Source of the DNA: Macrostomum lignano
Taxonomy: Eukaryota
Reading direction: 5' to 3'
Assembly: GCA_002269645.1 (NCBI GenBank)
Contig: NIVC01001928.1
Span: 1 to 64,000 of the forward strand
DNA length: 64,000 bases
How positions within the stretch are numbered: the first letter of the stretch is position 1; each line of letters opens with the position of its first letter. The translations under genes and the position numbers were made by a program. The notes beneath the pieces are model-generated. The model was given only the letters and a program-made list of their open reading frames with translations. It did not search any database and was not told the origin of the DNA. Positions 11,011-23,200 of this stretch are shown here, piece after piece.

Positions 11011-11834
11011 CTATTGTTCATAGTTTTTTAAAATCTTATTGGCTATTGTTTATTCTAAACAATAAACTTTCCAAATCTAAACTGAAATGCCATTGAAAAG
11101 CCTGTGTACAAGCTGTCAGGTACGAGCAGCTATGTTTTCACATTTTCATACTCATATACCATGCACAGCTGAGGCAGAAGGCCCCTGCACTCGTCAGTCG
11201 TGCAATTTCACGCTGCAAAATGCATCAGCGAGATTATTTTATTGTTAGATTAAAAGTACAATCCTATTTAATAGTCCAGTTTGGTAAGTAAAGTACTGTA
11301 TAATTACTAGGGGGTATAAATCTTTTCCAGAAACAGACATAAAATAGTGTTTGTGCCGCAACCGGTTTGAACATAGAATAGACTCATAAGATTCATAATC
11401 GGATAAAGTCGCCGATTGTCTTGGGACGTATTTCTCTCCTGCTCTTTAATCTCATTCTTCTCCCGTAACCGTTCAATCCTTCTGATCTAGCGGTCCTGGT
11501 TGATCATCTTGCTAACCAGTTTGCGTGAGTAGTGAGCAGTCACTCAAATCCGCAGCCTAATCCGTTAGCCGTTTTCCAACAACTTTAATTGTTCCGATTG
11601 GCTTCCTAAAGACTTTTTAACGCCGCTGTCTGTTTCTCGATTTTGCCGGAGAAAAGCTGGCTGTGGAAGCGGAGGGCATAAATGAGTTAATTAATTTGGA
11701 ATTCTAAAATCCTAGGCTTATAATAGAGTGGGAATTACGAGATTTTAATTCAGTCATTTTAGCTCGTGCTGTCAGTCCATTGCGACTCTAGATCGTAAAG
11801 TTTTAGGGCAGAAATTCCCCTAGTCTTGGTTGGT

Positions 11835-12475
11835 TGGTTGATGGATGGGACAAGTGGCCATAGACAGTTGGTGGATGGGACAAGTAGCCATAGACAGTTG
11901 ATGGATGGGACAAGTGGCCATAGACAGTTGGTGGATGGGACAAGTAGCCATAGACAGTTGATGGATGGGACAAGTGGCCATAGACAGTTGGTGGATGGGA
12001 CAAGTAGCCATAGACAGTTGATGGATGGGACAAGTGGCCATAGACAGTTGGTGGATGGGACAAGTAGCCATAGACAGTTGATGGATGGGACAAGTGGCCA
12101 TAGACAGTTGGTGGATGGGACAAGTAGCCATAGACAGTTGATGGATGGGACAAGTGGCCATAGACAGTTGGTGGATGGGACAAGTAGCCATAGACAGTTG
12201 ATGGATGGGACAAGTGGCCATAGACAGTTGGTGGATGGGACAAGTAGCCATAGACCATGGACAGTAGATAGGACAAGTGGCCATAGACAGTCGGTACATG
12301 AGACAAGTAGCCATAGACAGTTGGTAGATGGGACAAGTGGCCAGAGACCATGGACAGTAGATAGGACAAGTGGCCATAGACAGTTGGTACATGAGACAAG
12401 TAGCCATAGACAGTTGGTGCATGGGACAAGGGGCCATAGACAGTTGGTGGATGGGACAAGAGGCCATAGACAGAC
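11835..12475. repeat. 30-bp minisatellite with an alternating 60-bp higher-order unit
   Basis: Units ATGGATGGGACAAGTGGCCATAGACAGTTG and GTGGATGGGACAAGTAGCCATAGACAGTTG alternate. Confidence 0.95.
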
Positions 12476-13242
12476 GAAAACCGGTAACTGAATGCCTTAC
12501 TATAACTTTTGTCTGCGGTCAAGCGGTCAAGCGAGTAAGCGGCATCGAAAGTATTGGAGATTTCCAAGTTCAGCTAAAGCAGCAAAATTGTTGCAGAAAT
12601 CGCACGGCACCTTCCTTTGGCCCAGCCAAAAGATTAATGGCATGCAGGTCCGGTCCCGCTTTGCGCAGGCCGCCGCAACGCAATCAACTATCTGTTTTGG
12701 GATAGCATTCGTGTACCAAGGAACGTGTAGTTAGATTAACATTCGCGAAGAAAACATTGGAAGCAGGTCCGTTGCCAAGGGCTTGCATTGCAGGCGGCAT
12801 AGCCACCAGTGCAGATACTGATAGGTGGGGCAGACGGTCAGAACGTATGTGAGCGAAGCCGAGACGACTGGCGCTTGCACTTCCATAAATCAGGGGAAGT
12901 TAAGGCAAATAATTCGGTCGGTCAGAGTTATACACCAATTCATCGCGACGGACTGGAAACCCAATGCTGATTGCCCTAGTAATAGGCACTGTGTAGACTG
13001 TATTGAGTAGAATATAATGGAGATAAGAATATGAAATTGCAAAGTATAATACAATACATTAGACTCCAGTAGAATTATAGGTAATATCAGAGAAAACTAA
13101 AACCCATAGTTCTAGTTGCACCTTGGTTTTATTGCTGGGTAGAGCTTGGTAGAGTAGAAATATTTCAAGAAATAATGTTGAGTGAAGAAGAGTGGATAAG
13201 ACTGAAGTACAAGCGCAGTAGAGTAGACTAAAATAGGTGAAG

Positions 13243-13492
13243 TAGAGTAGAGCAGAGTAGAGCCGAGTAGAGTTAAGTAGCTCGTAAAATAGAGTAGAGT
13301 AGAGTAGAGTAGAGTAGAGTAGAGTAGAGTAGAGTAGAGTAGAGTAGAGTAGAGTAGAGTAGAGTAGAGTAGAGTAGAGTAGAGTAGAGTAGAGTAGAGT
13401 AGAGTAGAGTAGAGCAGAGTAGAGTAGAGTAGAGTAGAGTAGAGTAGAGTAGAGTAGAGTAGAGTAGAGTAGAGTAGAGTAGAGTAGAGTAA
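13243..13492. repeat. (AGAGT)n microsatellite
   Basis: Read directly. Confidence 0.97.
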
Positions 13493-14202
13493 AGTGAAGT
13501 ATATAAATGGGCCTACATGTGCCCAAGACAGTTCAGTCTGAACCAGCTTCCCCAAACAGGTAAGCAATTTCAGCAAGTGCAGCAAATCTCTTTACTGAAA
13601 TCGTTGTGTTTGGTTGAAGGAAAATTCTAGAGAATTCCGCTGGACGATAAGCAAAAATAGATTAAAGTAAGTAGAACGGATTTAAGGCCAGCAACCAATC
13701 TCTGCAACACTATAAGCTATCTTCTGAGCCCTCAATGTGAGGATTGGGGTACGGAACTCAGCCGAGCCAGAAGCAGGATCAGAATATTGCTAAAGCAACA
13801 GAAACTAACTTGAAATCGGCGGCCAGAAGAAGATTGGGAAGGGGGGCAGTGAAAGCAGCATGAAGGAAATGGAGAGAGAGAGAGAGGGGGGGAGAGAAAG
13901 AGAGGAAAAACAGCTGGGGTTTCGGCACAAAAAAATCAATCCCTTAAATGTGTCTTCCCCAGCGATCTACTCTCTACTATGGAGCGACCAGCCCATGGTG
14001 TCAGGTTGAGGTCCGAGCGCTCGTCCCTCGGTCTTCATTTATTATTTCTGGGCACGGAGGCGAGACTTTTGTTGGCATTTTTGGAGTTCGAGAGGCCGAT
14101 GCAAGAGAGGCTGGGCAGTGTTTGGACAGTTTCATAGAAGTAGGAACAATTTGGCTTTTATACGTTTTCTTTACTCAAATCATCCTTGATAAGACCTTTG
14201 AT

Positions 14203-14550
14203 GGCCATAGACAGTTGGTGAATGTAGGTACAAGTGGCCATAGACAGTTGGTGAATGTAGGTACAAGTGGCCATAGACAGTTGGTGAATGTAGGTACAAG
14301 TGGCCATAGACAGTTGGTGAATGTAGGGACAAGTGGCCATAGACAGTTAGTGAATGTAGATACAAGTGGCCATAGACAGTTGGTGAATGTAGGTACAAGT
14401 GGCCATAGACAGTTGGTGAATGTAGGGACAAGTGGCCATAGACAGTTGGTGAATGTAGGGACAGTTGGTGAAGACATATACAGTTGGCCATAGACAGTTG
14501 GTGAATGTAGGGACAAATGGCCATAGACAGTTGGTGAATGTAGGGACAAA
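14203..14550. repeat. 33-bp minisatellite, relative of the 11.8-kb array
   Basis: Unit GTGAATGTAGGTACAAGTGGCCATAGACAGTTG. Confidence 0.95.
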
Positions 14551-15683
14551 TGACAACGAACATACTGTGTTATAGGTTGTGTTTAGTGGTTAATCACTTT
14601 TTGTTGCATATTTTGTCTGCACCTCAGATGATTCCTACTGTGTTTTCGCACCATTGTCTAGTCTCTTCTTGTGGTTGTAACACACAGACAGCAGCTTCTT
14701 TCAAAAAAGCAGGTCGCGGGATAAGCTTCACTCTGCTCAGGTTCGAATAGATCTGCCTTCTTGCTCCGAGGCACAGTTAAGTACTAGTATATTGCTGTGT
14801 CAACATCAATAGGGAAGTGCTCCGACTCCTGTAGCTTTGTACGGTTCCTGTGTTTTGCATTGCTGTGTTGGAACATTTTCTAACACCAAATTTTCCACTC
14901 TGGGATCAGTTAAGGTCACAAAAATCAAGTGCTTCAATAGCTATGCTCGGTCCATGGTTGCTGCATCATTTCACGAGTCAGCACAATGAGTCATCGCTTG
15001 GCCATCAATCATTAGCGACTCTTTTACTGCCGATTGTGATTAGTAGTTTACAAAGTCAACTATTTGACCGAATGTGTCTTCGATTGTGACTGTGAAAATC
15101 ATAACTGTGACATTCATGTGAATTCACTTTCACATTCATGTGACTGTGAATGTGAAAACCGATTGAGACTTTGCTGTAGAGAGGGCTGCCGCAACTTCCA
15201 AAGACAGTCGATCCGCAGCCAGCATATTCCGCACAGCGAACCCGACTATTCTCATCGTCAGGAATGTACACCTGGGCGGTTGACCCTCCAAGTCGCAGGT
15301 CAATAGCGACTGCGCACGAAACCGATCCCGAGAACTTTGGAGTGAGCCAGATGCGTTACCCGCTCGGAGCGACTCGTCACCCCTCAGGACCGTACGAATC
15401 CGGGGTAGCAATAAGTAGAAAAGCACACTTAATATTTTGAACCCGAGAACAACCGAAGGACTTTAAGCGACCGATGTAAAAAAGCGAACAGGTCAAGCAT
15501 GATGGCAACCCATGCAGCGGGGCGCGACCGAGCACATGAGACCCTGCCTGCAGTAGCCGAGATCCAGCTTGATTTACAGCCAATTCAACAGTGCAGCCCG
15601 CGGAGCCGTCCCCGGTCTCCTCAACTAAAAGAAACTCGACTGGCTCTGTTTAACTGGCCTTCTGCCCTCAGCCCAGCTCAGTA

Positions 15684-15901
15684 TTAATCATGCGGCCATG
15701 CCGGTCCTAATCGTGCTTCGCAGGCGGCATCTGGTTGCGATGCCGAAGGGGACCAGAAGCCGATCCCAAGGGGGCCGCCCGCGGGGCTGTCCCTCTGCAG
15801 CTCCTCCTCAGCTCCCTCACTTTTTCTCTGCCGCGTCTCTGTCTTCTCGGCTTCTGGCTTCTCTTGTCCGTTTGGTTGGGCCAACTGTTCTGAGAGGGAG
15901 C
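15684..15901 (-). CDS. Candidate terminal exon of an unidentified minus-strand gene
   Basis: Strong polypyrimidine acceptor (CTCCTCTTCTCACCCCAG) followed by the open, charged frame SLSEQLAQPNGQEKPEAEKTETRQRKSEGAEEELQRD...WPHD*. No family motif. Confidence 0.3.
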
Positions 15902-16067
15902 TGGGGTGAGAAGAGGAGAACAGAGAGACTGCAGGGGCATCACGGATACAAAATACTTTAAACTACTAATGAATTATGTTTGTCTGGTGCCTAGAAGTGC
16001 CTGAGTAATTTGATATCCTGACAGACACTGTTGGAGGAAAGCTTTCAAGCCCTCAACCCAGCTAAAG

Positions 16068-16199
16068 TGACTAACTGACTGACTGACTGACTGACTGACT
16101 GACTGACTGACTGACTAACTGACTGACTGACTGACTGACTGACTGACTGACTGACTGACTGACTGACTGACTGACTGACTGACTGACTGACTGACTGAC
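16068..16199. repeat. (ACTG)n microsatellite
   Basis: Read directly. Confidence 0.97.
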
Positions 16200-17253
16200 A
16201 CTAAGACAGACATGAGGCGGCAAAAATAGACACAGCTAGGTGAGAAAGGAAGATGTGGCAAGGGCAGCCCGCAGATGAAGGGCATCAAGGCGGCATCCGG
16301 ATGAGCAGAAAGCAGGGAGAATGTGAGCTCAGCGAGTGGCTGCAGGCCGCATCCCCTGTATCAGGCCGTAGGCTGTGCTGGCAGCCCTTGAGTTTGGCAG
16401 CAGCGGCGCGAGGACCTGGCAGGGGCCAGGTGTAATTCGCGGAAGCGGCAGAGACCACCGCCCCCACCTGTTTTCCACTTCCTGCGACTGCAGCACCGGG
16501 CGGATAGGGAAAAAATCGCACACCCTCTAACCACACCGGGTCTCCGCTTCCGTCAATATCTCCCAGTTCTGTTCCCGACTCTGCCCTTGAAGCTCTCTCC
16601 GCCTGCATGCCGCTCCGCTCTGCGCAGAGGCAACATCTAAACAAGTGCCCTCGGTCCGGGAGGGCCAAACTTTCTGATGGCATTGTGTTCCTGTAAACAC
16701 ATCGAAATGTCATACTAGCTCGTAGAGGCAGGAGAGAGAGATTAGACAGAGAGTGGGAGACGCACCAGCACAGATTGGGGTGGTTGGTGGATGTTGGGGG
16801 GGGGGGAACAAGACCCTGTCTGGGGTACGGGGTGGGAGAACGTGAGCCCTGAAGTTGATGCTGTGGCACCCAGGACTGAAGACACCCTCACAGCAGTGCT
16901 TGGGGAATTCCAGCTGGCTGGCGTAGCCGACCACCCCAAAACCGGACAAAGTGAAAGGCTGCGGCGCAAACCTACAGCCCCACCCCATCCTCCGGAACGG
17001 CGGGGGGTCAAGCAGCTGCAGGTTGGCCGAACTACAAAAATGAATAAATTGTTGCACAAGAAATCACTCTGTAAAATCGCGCACTGCAAAAAACTGACAG
17101 GCTGCGGCAGCTGCAGGGAGTGAAGCGAATGAGTGACAAGCGGAGTGTGCCGCTGAAATATTAGAGCTGACCGATCGTGGCTTAATCGTTCAAAATCATA
17201 AACACTTTCTAGCGTAGAATTTAGACTGAAATATTTCCAAAATGCATTCATTT

Positions 17254-20200
17254 ATGGCTATAGATTAGCAATCCATTCTATTCCTTCAACCCTGATGGCT
17301 ATAGATTAGCAATCCATTCTATTCCTTCAACCCTGATGGCTATAGATTAGCAATCCATTCTATTCCTTCATCCGTGATGGCTATAGATTAGAAATCCATT
17401 CTATTGCTTCATCCGTGATGGCTATAGATTAGCAATCCATTCTATTCCTTCATCCCTGATGGCTATAGATTAGCAATCCATTCTATTGCTTCATCCGTGA
17501 TGGCTATAGATTAGCAATCCATTCTATTCCTTCATCCGTGATGGCTATAGATTAGCAATCCATTCTATTCCTTCAACCCTGATGGCTATAGATTAGCAAT
17601 CCATTCTATTCCTTCATCCGTGATGGCTATAGATTAGCAATCCATTCTATTCCTTCATCCGTGATGGCTATAGATTAGCAATCCATTCTATTCCTTCATC
17701 CGTGATGGCTATAGATTAGCAATCCATTCTATTCCTTCATCCCTGATGGAGCTATAGATTAGCAATCCATTCTATTCCTTCATCCCTGATGGAGCTATAG
17801 ATTAGCAATCCATTCTATTCCTTCATCCCTGATGGAGCTATAGATTAGCAATCCATTCTATTCCTTCATCTGTGATGGCTATAGATTAGCAATCCATTCT
17901 ATTCCTTCAACCCTGATGGCTATAGATTAGCAATCCATTCTATTCCTTCATCCCTGATGGCTATAGATTAGCAATCCATTCTATTCCTTCAACCCTGATG
18001 GCTATAGATTAGCAATCCATTCTATTCCTTCATCTGTGATGGCTATAGATTAGCAATCCATTCTATTCCTTCAACCCTGATGGCTATAGATTAGCAATCC
18101 ATTCTATTCCTTCATCCCTGATGGAGCTATAGATTAGCAATCCATTCTATTCCTTCATCCCTGATGGCTATAGATTAGCAATCCATTCTATTCCTTCAAC
18201 CCTGATGGCTATAGATTAGCAATCCATTCTATTCCTTCTTCTGTGATGGCTATAGATTAGCAATCCATTCTATTCCTTCAACCCTGATGGCTATAGATTA
18301 GCAATCCATTCTATTCCTTCATCCCTGATGGCTATAGATTAGCAATCCATTCTATTCCTTCATCCCTGATGGTTATAGATTAGCAATCCATTCTATTCCT
18401 TCAACCCTGATGGCTATAGATTAGCAATCCATTCTATTCCTTCATCCCTGATGGCTATAGATTAGCAATCCATTCTATTCCTTCAACCCTGATGGCTATA
18501 GATTAGCAATCCATTCTATTCCTTCATCCGTGATGGCTATAGATTAGCAATCCATTCTATTCCTTCATCCGTGATGGCTATAGATTAGCAATCCATTCTA
18601 TTCCTTCATCTGTGATGGCTATAGATTAGCAATCCATTCTATTCCTTCAACCCTGATGGCTATAGATTAGCAATCCATTCTATTCCTTCATCCGTGATGG
18701 CTATAGATTAGCAATCCATTCTATTCCTTCATCCGTGATGGCTATAGATTAGCAATCCATTCTATTCCTTCATCCCTGATGGCTATAGATTAGCAATCCA
18801 TTCTATTCCTTCATCCCTGATGGAGCTATAGATTAGCAATCCATTCTATTCCTTCATCCCTGATGGAGCTATAGATTAGCAATCCATTCTATTCCTTCAT
18901 CCCTGATGGAGCTATAGATTAGCAATCCATTCTATTCCTTCATCCGTGATGGCTATAGATTAGCAATCCATTCTATTCCTTCATCCGTGATGGCTATAGA
19001 TTAGCAATCCATTCTATTCCTTTATCTGTGATGGCTATAGATTAGCAATCCATTCTATTCCTTCAACCCTGATGGCTATAGATTAGCAATCCATTCTATT
19101 CCTTCATCCCTGATGGCTATAGATTAGCAATCCATTCTATTCCTTCAACCCTGATGGCTATAGATTAGCAATCCATTCTATTCCTTCATCCGTGATGGCT
19201 ATAGATTAGCAATCCATTCTATTCCTTCATCCGTGATGGCTATAGATTAGCAATCCATTCTATTCCTTCATCTGTGATGGCTATAGATTAGCAATCCATT
19301 CTATTCCTTCATCCCTGATGGCTATAGATTAGCAATCCATTCTATTCCTTCATCTGTGATGGCTATAGATTAGCAATCCATTCTATTCCTTCAACCCTGA
19401 TGGCTATAGATTAGCAATCCATTCTATTCCTTCATCCCTGATGGCTATAGATTAGCAATCCATTCTATTCCTTCACCCTGATGGCTATAGATTAGCAATC
19501 CATTCTATTCCTTCATCCGTGATGGCTATAGATTAGCAATCCATTCTATTCCTTCATCCGTGATGGCTATAGATTAGCAATCCATTCTATTCCTTCATCT
19601 GTGATGGCTATAGATTAGCAATCCATTCTATTCCTTCACCCTGATGGCTATAGATTAGCAATCCATTCTATTCCTTCATCCGTGATGGCTATAGATTAGC
19701 AATCCATTCTATTCCTTCATCCGTGATGGCTATAGATTAGCAATCCATTCTATTCCTTCATCCCTGATGGCTATAGATTAGCAATCCATTCTATTCCTTC
19801 ATCCCTGATGGCTATAGATTAGCAATCCATTCTATTCCTTCATCCCTGATGGCTATAGATTAGCAATCCATTCTATTCCTTCATCCGTGATGGCTATAGA
19901 TTAGCAATCCATTCTATTCCTTCATCCGTGATGGCTATAGATTAGCAATCCATTCTATTCCTTCATCTGTGATGGCTATAGATTAGCAATCCATTCTATT
20001 CCTTCATCCCTGATGGCTATAGATTAGCAATCCATTCTATTCCTTCATCCGTGGGCTATAGATTAGCAATCCATTCTATTCCTTCATCCGTGATGGCTAT
20101 AGATTAGCAATCCATTCTATTCCTTCATCCGTGATGGCTATAGATTAGCAATCCATTCTATTCCTTCATCCCTGATGGCTATAGATTAGCAATCCATTCT

Positions 20201-23200
20201 ATTCCTTCATCCCTGATGGCTATAGATTAGCAATCCATTCTATTCCTTCATCCCTGATGGCTATAGATTAGCAATCCATTCTATTCCTTCATCCCTGATG
20301 GCTATAGATTAGCAATCCATTCTATTCCTTCATCCCTGATGGCTATAGATTAGCAATCCATTCTATTCCTTCATCCCTGATGGCTATAGATTAGCAATCC
20401 ATTCTATTCCTTCATCCCTGATGGCTATAGATTAGCAATCCATTCTATTCCTTCATCCCTGATGGCTATAGATTAGCAATCCATTCTATTCCTTCATCCC
20501 TGATGGCTATAGATTAGCAATCCATTCTATTCCTTCATCCGTGATGGCTATAGATTAGCAATCCATTCTATTCCTTCATCCGTGATGGCTATAGATTAGC
20601 AATCCATTCTATTCCTTCATCCCTGATGGCTATAGATTAGCAATCCATTCTATTCCTTCATCCCTGATGGCTATAGATTAGCAATCCATTCTATTCCTTC
20701 ATCCCTGATGGCTATAGATTAGCAATCCATTCTATTCCTTCATCCGTGATGGCTATAGATTAGCAATCCATTCTATTCCTTCATCCGTGATGGCTATAGA
20801 TTAGCAATCCATTCTATTCCTTCATCCCTGATGGCTATAGATTAGCAATCCATTCTATTCCTTCATCCCTGATGGCTATAGATTAGCAATCCATTCTATT
20901 CCTTCATCCCTGATGGCTATAGATTAGCAATCCATTCTATTCCTTCATCCGTGATGGCTATAGATTAGCAATCCATTCTATTCCTTCATCCGTGATGGCT
21001 ATAGATTAGCAATCCATTCTATTCCTTCATCTGATGGCTATAGATTAGCAATCCATTCTATTCCTTCATCCTGATGGCTATAGATTAGCAATCCATTCTA
21101 TTCCTTCATCCCTGATGGCTATAGATTAGCAATCCATTCTATTCCTTCATCCCTGATGGCTATAGATTAGCAATCCATTCTATTCCTTCATCCGTGATGG
21201 CTATAGATTAGCAATCCATTCTATTCCTTCATCCGTGATGGCTATAGATTAGCAATCCATTCTATTCCTTCATCCTGATGATGGCTATAGATTAGCAATC
21301 CATTCTATTCCTTCATCCCTGATGGCTATAGATTAGCAATCCATTCTATTCCTTCATCCGTGATGGCTATAGATTAGCAATCCATTCTATTCCTTCATCC
21401 GTGATGGCTATAGATTAGCAATCCATTCTATTCCTTCATCCCTGATGGCTATAGATTAGCAATCCATTCTATTCCTTCATCCCTGATGGCTATAGATTAG
21501 CAATCCATTCTATTCCTTCATCCCTGATGGCTATAGATTAGCAATCCATTCTATTCCTTCATCCCTGATGGCTATAGATTAGCAATCCATTCTATTCCTT
21601 CATCCCTGATGGCTATAGATTAGCAATCCATTCTATTCCTTCATCCCTGATGGCTATAGATTAGCAATCCATTCTATTCCTTCATCTGTGATGGCTATAG
21701 ATTAGCAATCCATTCTATTCCTTCATCCCTGATGGCTATAGATTAGCAATCCATTCTATTCCTTCATCCCTGATGGCTATAGATTAGCAATCCATTCTAT
21801 TCCTTCATCCCTGTGATGGCTATAGATTAGCAATCCATTCTATTCCTTCATCCCTGATGGCTATAGATTAGCAATCCATTCTATTCCTTCATCCCTGATG
21901 GCTATAGATTAGCAATCCATTCTATTCCTTCATCCTGATGGCTATAGATTAGCAATCCATTCTATTCCTTCATCCCTGATGGCTATAGATTAGCAATCCA
22001 TTCTATTCCTTCATCCCTGATGGCTATAGATTAGCAATCCATTCTATTCCTTCATCCTGTGATGGCTATAGATTAGCAATCCATTCTATTCCTTCATCCC
22101 TGATGGCTATAGATTAGCAATCCATTCTATTCCTTCATCCCTGATGGCTATAGATTAGCAATCCATTCTATTCCTTCATCCGTGATGGCTATAGATTAGC
22201 AATCCATTCTATTCCTTCATCCCTGATGGCTATAGATTAGCAATCCATTCTATTCCTTCATCCCTGATGGCTATAGATTAGCAATCCATTCTATTCCTTC
22301 ATCCGTGATGGCTATAGATTAGCAATCCATTCTATTCCTTCATCCGTGATGGCTATAGATTAGCAATCCATTCTATTCCTTCATCCCTGATGGCTATAGA
22401 TTAGCAATCCATTCTATTCCTTCATCCTGATGGCTATAGATTAGCAATCCATTCTATTCCTTCATCCCTGATGGCTATAGATTAGCAATCCATTCTATTC
22501 CTTCATCCGTGATGGCTATAGATTAGCAATCCATTCTATTCCTTCATCCGTGATGGCTATAGATTAGCAATCCATTCTATTCCTTCATCCTGTGATGGCT
22601 ATAGATTAGCAATCCATTCTATTCCTTCATCCCTGATGGCTATAGATTAGCAATCCATTCTATTCCTTCATCCCTGATGGCTATAGATTAGCAATCCATT
22701 CTATTCCTTCATCCGTGATGGCTATAGATTAGCAATCCATTCTATTCCTTCATCCGTGATGGCTATAGATTAGCAATCCATTCTATTCCTTCATCCCTGA
22801 TGGCTATAGATTAGCAATCCATTCTATTCCTTCATCCTGATGGCTATAGATTAGCAATCCATTCTATTCCTTCATCCCTGATGGCTATAGATTAGCAATC
22901 CATTCTATTCCTTCATCCCTGATGGCTATAGATTAGCAATCCATTCTATTCCTTCATCCGTGATGGCTATAGATTAGCAATCCATTCTATTCCTTCATCC
23001 GTGATGGCTATAGATTAGCAATCCATTCTATTCCTTCATCCGTGATGGCTATAGATTAGCAATCCATTCTATTCCTTCATCCCTGATGGCTATAGATTAG
23101 CAATCCATTCTATTCCTTCATCCCTGATGGCTATAGATTAGCAATCCATTCTATTCCTTCATCCCTGATGGCTATAGATTAGCAATCCATTCTATTCCTT

